Assembly (NCBI GenBank): GCA_027460535.1
Contig: JAPZAR010000020.1
Location: forward strand, 41,640-73,639
Length of the DNA: 32,000 bases
Direction of reading: 5' to 3'
Origin: Candidatus Methanoperedens sp.
GTDB taxonomy: Archaea; Halobacteriota; Methanosarcinia; Methanosarcinales; Methanoperedenaceae
Position 1 is the first letter of the stretch; each line of letters starts with the position of its first letter. Made by a program: the position numbers and the translations under genes. Shown here one piece after another: positions 10,199 to 17,841 of this stretch. The notes under the pieces are model-generated. The model made no database searches, was not told the DNA's origin, and saw only the letters and a program-made list of their open reading frames with translations.

Positions 10199-11367
10199 TG
10201 GAGAGTTTGATCTGGGGATACATATACCCAAATGAAGCTGAAATACAATGGAGCGTACTGATCGTATTATATCCATATATAACCGGGCTCGTAGCGGGAG
10301 CTTTTATCGCATCATCGCTGTATCATGTTTTTGGAAAAAAAGAGATAAGGCCTGTTGCCAGATTCGCGCTACTTACGGCACTCTCTTTCCTGTTAGTCGC
10401 GACAATGCCGTTGCTTACACATCTTGGGCATCCAGAGCGAGGGATCGAGATCATGTTCACCCCTCATCTTACCTCCGCAATGTCGGGATTTGGATATATA
10501 TATTCGTTTTATCTGATTGTGGTCGTGCTTGAAATCTGGTTATCCTTCAGAGAGGACATAGTCAAGATGGCCCATAATTCCAGGGGATGGAAAGAACTAT
10601 TATACTCGGCGCTGGCTCTTTTCTCATACGATATTTCAGAAAAGGCCTTGCATCAGGATGAAAAACTCGCCAAAAGGCTTGCAATAATAGGAATTCCTTC
10701 CGCAGCTTTCCTTCATGGATATGTGGGTTTCATATTTGGTGGGATCAAGGCGAATCCCTGGTGGTCTACCCCGCTTATGCCTCTCATATTCCTGATGTCA
10801 GCCATTGTATCGGGGATAGCTCTTCTGATCCTGCTGTATATTGCGGCCATGAAGATACGAAAACATGCTATAGACCACAAATGCCTTCATTCACTGGCAC
10901 ATTACCTGTGGATTTTCCTGATATTGGACTTCACACTGGAAATGCTTGAGATCATCAGCATGAAATATGAGTCGCTTGAGCGGATCGATATAATCAACAG
11001 GCTTCTTTCCGATAAGATCGCCACTACTTTCTACGGTGTTCAACTTGGATTGGGTATTTTCATCCCGTTCATTCTTATTCTTCTGGTGGGTATGATGAAG
11101 AATCGTGAAACGCTGAAGATGATAATGATCGCGATTTCATCCATTTTTGTCGTGATAGGCGTGTTCGCGATGAGATGGAATGTTGTAATTGGAGGGCAGG
11201 AGATCTCAAAGAGCCTCAGCGGAACCCTTACCTATGTTCCGGTTTTCTTCAGCCAGGAAGGTGTGCTGCCAGCGATTATAATAATGATAATTCCTTTCAT
11301 CATCCTTTTAGTTGTAACGTACATACTTCCACCATGGAAAGATATGGATGAAGAGGTTGCGGAATAA
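10195..11367 (+). CDS. NrfD/PsrC/DsrP-type polytopic membrane quinone-interacting subunit
   Basis: 390 aa and almost entirely hydrophobic helices. It has an ATGA overlap with the FeS gene and the family-typical gene order after an NrfC-like protein. Confidence 0.88.
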   Translation: MMESLIWGYIYPNEAEIQWSVLIVLYPYITGLVAGAFIASSLYHVFGKKEIRPVARFALLTALSFLLVATMPLLTHLGHPERGIEIMFTPHLTSAMSGFGYIYSFYLIVVVLEIWLSFREDIVKMAHNSRGWKELLYSALALFSYDISEKALHQDEKLAKRLAIIGIPSAAFLHGYVGFIFGGIKANPWWSTPLMPLIFLMSAIVSGIALLILLYIAAMKIRKHAIDHKCLHSLAHYLWIFLILDFTLEMLEIISMKYESLERIDIINRLLSDKIATTFYGVQLGLGIFIPFILILLVGMMKNRETLKMIMIAISSIFVVIGVFAMRWNVVIGGQEISKSLSGTLTYVPVFFSQEGVLPAIIIMIIPFIILLVVTYILPPWKDMDEEVAE

Positions 11368-11470
11368 ATTTTAAAAGACAAAAAAATTCACTAATCGTAA
11401 GGTATTTATTGTATTAGATCGTCAGATTATTAAAATTTGCCAGATTGAAAAACGGGTACTAGGTTTTGGC

Positions 11471-11538
11471 TTATAGGAATTACTTGAAGATAGGATATTT
11501 AATGGAAGATATGAATATTTAGGAAGATAGGATATTTA
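11471..11538 (+). promoter_or_regulatory. tandem 18-19 bp direct repeats (GAAGATAGGATATTTA x2 exact, 1 degenerate, 1 partial) upstream of the second cytochrome block
   Basis: Exact copies lie at 11486-11501 and 11523-11538, a degenerate copy at 11505-11521, and a partial copy (TATAGGAATTA) at 11471-11482. Each unit carries a TATA-like ATATTTA, and the start codon is at 11566. Confidence 0.6.
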
Positions 11539-11565
11539 TCATCACAATAACGGTGGAAGCGAAAA

Positions 11566-12531
11566 ATGTTTTTGAAAACAAGAAGACAAAAAAATACATG
11601 CATACGGATTTCCCTTTGCTGCTTATTCCTTGTATATTTCGTGGGTTCTGCAGGGGCATCACATTTAGACGTTCTCAATAACTCATGCGTTGACTGCCAT
11701 AAGGCTTTGTCTCCTTTTACAGATGAGCAGAAACGATTTAACGAAATAAGAATTAATCATACCGAAAGGAACATATCATGCTCTCTTGAATGCCATGAGG
11801 ATGTCATTAGGAAAAGAGCTTCGGATAATTTTCAGCAGTGGTCAGATTCCACCCATTCAATATATTATGTCACATGTGACAAATGCCATGGCGGGGATGC
11901 GCGCGCGAACACAGAATCGGGAGCCCATGCCTCAATGAAAAATATAACCGACCCGAATAGCACCATTTATTTTAAGAACATCCCGGAAACATGCGGGAAA
12001 TGCCATACTGCAGAACTTGACCATTTCAAGAACACCATGCATTACCAGAGATTGAGATCCACATCACAAGGTCCATCCTGTACAACCTGCCATCAACCTC
12101 ACAGTTTCAAGGTGCTCAAATCCTCGGAGCTGACCAATCTGTGCAGTGCTTGCCATAATTCAGTAGATCAGATAGCAACAGCGAGCGTTCCGCAGGATGC
12201 AAAAAAGGCTCTCGAAAAGGCGGGTGAATTCCAGGCAGAGGTAATGAAAGCGAAAAATGCCATTGCCGATGCCAAAGCAAAGGGAAATGATATATCTTCA
12301 GCACAGATGAATCTGGACAAGGCAAATGCAGTACTGGATGAGATTCCTTCCCTGTGGCATGGATTTGATCTGAAGAACTTTGACGAGCAAATCCAAAGCG
12401 GAGTGGATTGGGCCAAAAAGGCGGAATACGAGGCTTCGGGCGCAGAACCCACGGTGCCGCGAGCTTCATGGCCAGGGATAGTCCTGTTGTTCGGGATTTT
12501 TGCGATAATATATTTGATAAAGAAACGGTGA
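11566..12531 (+). CDS. secreted multihaem c-type cytochrome (5 CXXCH + 1 CX3CH), paralog of 7967..8920, C-terminal PGI-hydrophobic-KKR anchor
   Basis: Haem motifs are CVDCH, CSLECH, CDKCH, CGKCH, CTTCH and CSACH. It is collinear with the first paralog, with roughly half the residues identical by eye across the haem domain. The C-terminus is WPGIVLLFGIFAIIYLIKKR. Confidence 0.9.
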   Translation: MFLKTRRQKNTCIRISLCCLFLVYFVGSAGASHLDVLNNSCVDCHKALSPFTDEQKRFNEIRINHTERNISCSLECHEDVIRKRASDNFQQWSDSTHSIYYVTCDKCHGGDARANTESGAHASMKNITDPNSTIYFKNIPETCGKCHTAELDHFKNTMHYQRLRSTSQGPSCTTCHQPHSFKVLKSSELTNLCSACHNSVDQIATASVPQDAKKALEKAGEFQAEVMKAKNAIADAKAKGNDISSAQMNLDKANAVLDEIPSLWHGFDLKNFDEQIQSGVDWAKKAEYEASGAEPTVPRASWPGIVLLFGIFAIIYLIKKR

Positions 12532-12543
12532 AAGGTACATTCA

Positions 12544-13644
12544 ATGGATAAAATATCATCTACAACAATCATAAAGAATTGGATTTCAGCAAATAAGGTT
12601 CCAATAATTATAATATTAGTAGTCATGTTCTCAGCAGTGGTAGTAGTTTCTGAGAAAATGCTTGAAATAACCGAGAATCCTGCTTTCTGCGGGAAGAACT
12701 GCCATATTATGAGGCCTTACTATGACTCATGGCGAACTTCCTCGCATAATGATGTTCGATGTGTGGAATGCCATTATGAACCCGGGTTAATCGGGCATAT
12801 CAAAGGCAAGATCAATGGACTAATGCAATTCTACAGCTATGAGACGACAGTTGATGAATATTCAGGCCAATTATATGCTAAGGTCATGGACAAAAACTGC
12901 CTTGCCTGCCATGAGAAGCATATCTTTTCTTCAGATATCGGTTACATGGGCGTGAACTTCAGCCATAAAAATCACCTGCTCGAATCCAAAAGAGGAATAT
13001 CACTAACATGCACGAGCTGCCACTCCATGCTTGTAATAGGGATGAGAGAACATCAGTCAGTAACAGATCCTACATGCATGCAGTGCCATCCTAATATGGC
13101 GAGCAACGATGTCGGGCATATCGTGGTCACGAATTCAACATGCTTTACATGTCACTTCAGGGATGTGGCGGGCAATACGTCAATATCCGGCTGCCCCTCC
13201 TGCCACGGTCCACCGAAGGAAATGACGCACAGCAATTATACGAACTTCAATCATACAAGTCATTTGAGCCGGGGATTTGAATGCCTGACCTGCCATACCA
13301 ATATATCAAGCAATGCTAATGACATTGTTCCGAAAGAGAAATGCTTCTCCTGCCACAATGTCAAGGAGAGAGTTGACAAGTACGATGATTTCAGCTTAGT
13401 GCACAATACCCATGTCACGAACAATAAGATCGCATGCTACAACTGTCACTCCAATGTTCTGCATTCACCGGAAATAAAAAAGGACCTGTGTGCCAATTGT
13501 CACGGCAATGAACATCCGAGCGATTGGTTAAAAACACATAAGACGCAGGTTTTGATTGGTAAAGTTTGCAGTGACTGTCATCAGCCCAAGTTCTGCGCAG
13601 ACTGTCATGCCACCGGAGTAGCAAATGGGAAAATAGCAAAATAA
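12544..13644 (+). CDS. NapC/NirT/NrfH-type membrane-anchored multihaem cytochrome, extended to 13 haem motifs
   Basis: TM helix VPIIIILVVMFSAVVVV followed by the NapC-like FCGKNCHIMRPYYDSWRTSSH. There are 12 CXXCH motifs plus 1 CX3CH in 366 aa. Confidence 0.9.
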   Translation: MDKISSTTIIKNWISANKVPIIIILVVMFSAVVVVSEKMLEITENPAFCGKNCHIMRPYYDSWRTSSHNDVRCVECHYEPGLIGHIKGKINGLMQFYSYETTVDEYSGQLYAKVMDKNCLACHEKHIFSSDIGYMGVNFSHKNHLLESKRGISLTCTSCHSMLVIGMREHQSVTDPTCMQCHPNMASNDVGHIVVTNSTCFTCHFRDVAGNTSISGCPSCHGPPKEMTHSNYTNFNHTSHLSRGFECLTCHTNISSNANDIVPKEKCFSCHNVKERVDKYDDFSLVHNTHVTNNKIACYNCHSNVLHSPEIKKDLCANCHGNEHPSDWLKTHKTQVLIGKVCSDCHQPKFCADCHATGVANGKIAK

Positions 13645-13690
13645 GGCTTTTCCCCACTTTTCTATTTCCTGAAATGTATCAGGCCTCCCA

Positions 13691-14272
13691 ATGAAGATTT
13701 CATATAAGAATACTACAGTAAAAATTGCACCAAATGTATATGAACCTTCGGAAGATTCATTCATGCTTGCTGATGCGGCATTGTCGGAAATAAGAGAATC
13801 GGAAACCGTTTTAGAAGTCGGATGTGGAAGCGGGATAATATCACGGGTTATAAAAGAACATTCAAAAGCCAGTGTTATCGGTATCGATATTAACCCACAT
13901 GCAGTAAAGACCACAAAAGAAAACGGGGTAGAGGTCATAAGAGGAGATCTCTTGCATTGCCTTAAAGGAAAATTTGACATGATAATCTTCAATCCACCAT
14001 ACCTGCCAACCGGAGAAGGCGAAAGGACAAAGGATTGGATGAACACGGCTCTGGATGGGGGATACGATGGAAGGAGGGTGATCTACAGTTTTCTTGAGAA
14101 TGCAGGTGATCGCCTTGTTGAAAAGGGCAGGATTCTGATGGTCTTATCCTCTCTTACGGGGATAGAACAGGTAAAAGAGATGATGGAATCATTGGGTTAT
14201 ACGGTAACAAATAAGGCTGTGGAAAGATTCAGCTTTGAACAGCTCACGGTTATACTTGCCGCGAAGATATGA
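13691..14272 (+). CDS. HemK/Mtq2-family SAM-dependent (glutamine-N5) methyltransferase
   Basis: SAM motif LEVGCGSGIIS and catalytic FNPPYLPT (NPPY), in 193 aa like the archaeal HemK-related methylases. Confidence 0.85.
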   Translation: MKISYKNTTVKIAPNVYEPSEDSFMLADAALSEIRESETVLEVGCGSGIISRVIKEHSKASVIGIDINPHAVKTTKENGVEVIRGDLLHCLKGKFDMIIFNPPYLPTGEGERTKDWMNTALDGGYDGRRVIYSFLENAGDRLVEKGRILMVLSSLTGIEQVKEMMESLGYTVTNKAVERFSFEQLTVILAAKI

Positions 14273-14289
14273 GATGTAAATCTCCATCA

Positions 14290-14571
14290 CTAAACATCGA
14301 TCTCCGCAAATCTATCGATATCAGTCCTGTGACCCCAGATATCCCCAACAACCAATTTCACATTTCTCATTTTTAAAAACATCTTTGTGGTATTTGAAAT
14401 CGTCTTGTGGTATGACGAAGGCAATTGTATTCTTTTCAGCCTCGGGCATTTATTCACCACTTCAAAAATGTTTTTTTCAGAAGGCCTGAAACAGAAATGT
14501 ACGTTCTCTTCATTGTCACTTACATCGGCAAGGTCGTCCTCAGAGCCGATAATTCTAAAAACAACTTTCAT
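14290..14571 (-). CDS. conserved small archaeal protein (resembles the DUF1699 family as I recall it)
   Basis: 93 aa. The segments HFCFRPSEKNIFEVVNKCPRLKRIQLPSSYHKTIS and GDIWGHRTDI match my memory of a Methanosarcinales paralog family. The family name is unverified. Confidence 0.6.
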   Translation of the reverse strand: MKVVFRIIGSEDDLADVSDNEENVHFCFRPSEKNIFEVVNKCPRLKRIQLPSSYHKTISNTTKMFLKMRNVKLVVGDIWGHRTDIDRFAEIDV

Positions 14572-14734
14572 AATATTCTATCTTGCAATACTACTATTTA
14601 TATTTTTTTACTTATTGATGCGATTTCTAGTCTAGAGCCCGAAATCTTCACAAATGATTAAATTTAAGTAATGAAACGGCTACATCTGGAAAATACTTTT
14701 CTATTCAAGAAAAACATATGACAGAACAAAACGT

Positions 14735-15694
14735 ATGAATATCGGAAAATTGAGATTGAACGGATGTCTCCTCCTTGCCCCCATGTCCGGAGTCACCAAC
14801 TTGCCAATGAGGCTTCTCTGCAAAAAACATGGTGCCTCCCTTGTGTACTCTGAAATGGCCTGTTCTGAGGGAATCGTAAGAAAGAACCCGAAGAGTATCG
14901 CAAGGGGCGTTACCTGCATGGATGAGCGGCCTTTTGGTATCCAGTTACTTGGTTCCAGTGCCGACGCCCTGGTGAGATCAGCCTCCATCCTTCAAGAAAT
15001 CCACATGCCTGAACTTATAGATATGAATTTTGGCTGTCCTTCCCAGTGTGTTCTTAGAAATGGGTTCGGGTCGGCGCTTTTAAAAAAGCCGGAGGAGGTC
15101 GAAGATATAATAAAAAAATTATCGGGATCTCTTGATGTGCCTGTGACTGCAAAGATAAGAGTGTTGAATAGCCATGAAGAAACACTGAAAATAGCACGTA
15201 TCATTGAAAAATCAGGGGCAAGCGCGATAACAGTTCACGGGAGGACACCAAAACAGCAGTACTCAGGAAAATCAAACCTTGAGATAATCAGGAAAATAAA
15301 AAACGAGCTTTCGATCCCAGTGATTGCAAACGGGGATATCTCTGATGAAAAGCAAGCCGAGCTTGTGCTGAAATACACGCAGTGCGATGGGATAATGATA
15401 GGAAGGGCTGCCATCGGTAATCCATATATCTTCCGCAGGATCGCACATTATCTCGATACGGGGGAACTATTACAGCCACGAACGTTCGGGGACCAGATAG
15501 GAGAATTTTTTGAGTATGCAGCTTTATGCAGCAAATATGATATGATGGCTTATAGTGATTTGAAGCTTAAAGCCCAGTGGTTCCTGAAAAAAAGGGAAAA
15601 TATAAGATCCGAGCGCAAAAAGATAAACGAAGCGAAGGATATCGATATGATATTGAAAATCATGAGTGGATTGAGGGAGGAATCTTCGGGGTAG
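14735..15694 (+). CDS. tRNA-dihydrouridine synthase
   Basis: Contains LLAPMSGVTNLPMRLLC, the GCP catalytic Cys region (DMNFGCPSQCV) and the TIM-barrel FMN motifs ITVHGRT and IANGDI. Confidence 0.9.
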   Translation: MNIGKLRLNGCLLLAPMSGVTNLPMRLLCKKHGASLVYSEMACSEGIVRKNPKSIARGVTCMDERPFGIQLLGSSADALVRSASILQEIHMPELIDMNFGCPSQCVLRNGFGSALLKKPEEVEDIIKKLSGSLDVPVTAKIRVLNSHEETLKIARIIEKSGASAITVHGRTPKQQYSGKSNLEIIRKIKNELSIPVIANGDISDEKQAELVLKYTQCDGIMIGRAAIGNPYIFRRIAHYLDTGELLQPRTFGDQIGEFFEYAALCSKYDMMAYSDLKLKAQWFLKKRENIRSERKKINEAKDIDMILKIMSGLREESSG

Positions 15695-15741
15695 TTTCGC
15701 TCACACATATCTTTAATACAAAAAAACATATTCTAAATCAT

Positions 15742-17451
15742 ATGAAAGGCTGGGCAGGCAGGATCATAGAGATAGATCTGACTGATGAGAAGATCACAGA
15801 AACAAAGAGTGATTTAAGTACACTTCATTACTTTATCGGAGGGAGAGGGCTGGGAGTTAAGCTGTATTATGATGCTGTGAGCACCGATATCGACCCCTTG
15901 GGCCCGGAAAATTTCCTTATATTCGCGACTGGCCCTCTTACCGGAACGGGGGCTCCCATGTCGGGCAGGCACGCTATGGTATCAAAATCCCCACTTACAG
16001 GAACGATATTTGGTTCCAGCAGCGGGGGTTTTTTCGGGAAAGAGCTAAAGTTCGCAGGGATAGATGCGCTTTTGATAAAAGGGGCTTCAGAGGAGCCATC
16101 TTATATTTCTATCGAGAACGAAAAAATTGAGATACATCACGCAGAACAATTATGGGGAGAGAACGTCAGGGCATGCACGGATAAACTCTTATCTAAAGGG
16201 CGCGTTGCATGCATCGGGCGGGCGGGGGAGAGGCTTGTTCCCATTGCAAATGTCATGAATGATTACTTTCATGCCGCAGGGCGCGGAGGTCTGGGTGCGG
16301 TAATGGGTTCAAAGAAGCTCAAGGCGATCGTGGTGAAAGGGGACAGGAGACCATCGATTGCGGATGAAGCGGGGTTTGAGGAAGCCTGCCAGGATGCGCT
16401 CCGTCTTTTGAAATCAGGATCTTCAAAAGGTCTGTCCACATACGGGACTTCAGCTATGGCGAGCCTGATGAATTATACGAAAATATTGCCCACGGGGAAC
16501 TTTCAGAGAAGTGAATTTAGCGGTATGGATAAAATTTCAGGCGAATTCATCAAAGAAAATTATGATATTAAAGGACATGCGTGTTATAATTGCGTTGTGG
16601 CGTGCAAGCACATAATTAAAAGCGGAGCAATGGAAGGATACGAAGTCCCGGAATACGAAACCCTCTGGGCCTACGGGCCTGATAATAACAACGCGGATAT
16701 GGATATGATAATCAGGGCCAACCGCTTCTGCAATGATTATGGGATAGATACTATATCCTCCGGTTCTACCATTGCGGCGTATGCCGAGATAATGGGCGAG
16801 GATATGAAAGAGTTATCCGGGCTTGTAAAAAAAATCGGCGAGAATGAAGGTATCGGCAAAGACCTTGGAAAGGGTTCAAAGACATTTGCGCAATCGCGTG
16901 GAAAAGATGTCGCGATGCATGTAAAAGGGCTTGAGATCCCGGGATACGACCCAAGAGGAGTGCTGGGCATGGCGATTGCCTATGCCACTTCCAATCGAGG
17001 AGGATGCCATCTGAGGGCATATACGGTGGCGCCAGAAGTCCTCGGCAGGCCGGAAAAGGTAGACAGGCTGACGTTTTCAGGAAAAGCAGGACTTGTGCAG
17101 GTATTACAGAATGCCTCTGCGTCCCTGGACTCACTGGTGCTGTGCAAGTTCGTATCATTTGCGATCTCGGAAAGAGAATTAGCAAATCTTCTAAGTACTG
17201 CAACCGGTGTGGATTATTCCACAGAAAAATTCTTGAAATGTGGCGAGAGGATATGGAACCTTGAAAGGCTGTTCAATAATAAAGCGGGGTTCTCGCGAAA
17301 GGACGATTGCCTTCCTGAGCGATTCTTCGGGAATGAGGGAATAAACAGGGCGGAATTTGAAAAAGCGCTGGATGAGTATTATCAATTAAGGGGCTGGGAT
17401 AAGAATGGGGTACCGACACAGGAGAAGTTGAAAGAATTGAATCTTGCGTAG
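15742..17451 (+). CDS. tungsten-type aldehyde:ferredoxin oxidoreductase (AOR family)
   Basis: Family N-terminus MKGWAGRIIEIDLTDEKI, the Fe-S ligand region CYNCVVACKH and AYATSNRGGCHLRAY. The track ORF from 15577 overlaps the end of the Dus gene and is an upstream extension. Confidence 0.9.
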   Translation: MKGWAGRIIEIDLTDEKITETKSDLSTLHYFIGGRGLGVKLYYDAVSTDIDPLGPENFLIFATGPLTGTGAPMSGRHAMVSKSPLTGTIFGSSSGGFFGKELKFAGIDALLIKGASEEPSYISIENEKIEIHHAEQLWGENVRACTDKLLSKGRVACIGRAGERLVPIANVMNDYFHAAGRGGLGAVMGSKKLKAIVVKGDRRPSIADEAGFEEACQDALRLLKSGSSKGLSTYGTSAMASLMNYTKILPTGNFQRSEFSGMDKISGEFIKENYDIKGHACYNCVVACKHIIKSGAMEGYEVPEYETLWAYGPDNNNADMDMIIRANRFCNDYGIDTISSGSTIAAYAEIMGEDMKELSGLVKKIGENEGIGKDLGKGSKTFAQSRGKDVAMHVKGLEIPGYDPRGVLGMAIAYATSNRGGCHLRAYTVAPEVLGRPEKVDRLTFSGKAGLVQVLQNASASLDSLVLCKFVSFAISERELANLLSTATGVDYSTEKFLKCGERIWNLERLFNNKAGFSRKDDCLPERFFGNEGINRAEFEKALDEYYQLRGWDKNGVPTQEKLKELNLA

Positions 17452-17455
17452 CTAC

Positions 17456-17460
17456 TTTTT
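17456..17460 (+). terminator. oligo-T run after the AOR stop codon
   Basis: TAG at 17449-17451, then CTAC, TTTTT and CAATTTATTT. Confidence 0.3.
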
Positions 17461-17470
17461 CAATTTATTT

Positions 17471-17723
17471 AACCGCAGATAAAAGCGCCCAGAGTCACGG
17501 GCCTCCCGAGTTGCGCCTTAGGAGGGCGCGTTCACGTCAACCGTCACGTCAGTTGACGCCGTGCACACGTATGCCAGCGTACTGGCATACGTGGACGCGT
17601 CCTCAAGGGGCGCAACCCTTGACGTATGGCTTCGCCATACGTGGAGTTACGTGTCTTTGCATTGCGGTGGGCATGACGCCGATAAACGCAGATTTGTTGC
17701 TAAGCATCTGCATTTTCTGCGTT
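17471..17723. repeat. about 250-bp intergenic element bounded by AACCGCAGA / TCTGCGTT imperfect inverted ends, carrying a GC-rich hairpin array
   Basis: The left end AACCGCAGATAA (17471-17482) recurs at 26772 and 31868. The right part (17684-17723) is 31/40 identical, as reverse complement, to 26782-26821. The interior (17535-17642) holds four perfect stem-loops and a 10-bp palindrome. The GC content is far above the flanks. Confidence 0.6.
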
Positions 17724-17841
17724 CATTTGCTGGCTATTTTTCAAATAAATCATAATTCTTGAGGCACATCTGTCATTAAGAAATCGATTTAATATGAATG
17801 CATGGTTGCTTGCACATATTCCCAGGCGAACTTCATTAACA

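Noticed and set aside
7967-13644. Interpretation of the cytochrome island as an Nrf-type nitrite reductase or polysulfide/DMSO-type reductase operon.
   Set aside because: None of the four cytochromes has an NrfA-like CXXCK active-site haem motif. No molybdopterin catalytic subunit is encoded in or next to the cluster.
15577-15741. A 55-codon N-terminal extension of the AOR ORF that overlaps the end of the Dus gene.
   Set aside because: The canonical AOR N-terminus (MKGWAGRI...) begins at the ATG at 15742. The extension is read-through of the Dus 3' region in another frame. The same logic was applied to 4002-4079, 18676-18756 and 24402-24455.
17511-17762. ORFs of 83 aa and 64 aa on the plus strand within the GC-rich intergenic island.
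   Set aside because: The sequence is dominated by perfect palindromes and repeat-family ends. The predicted peptides are Arg/Pro/Thr-rich with no family resemblance. It is better explained as structured or repeat DNA.
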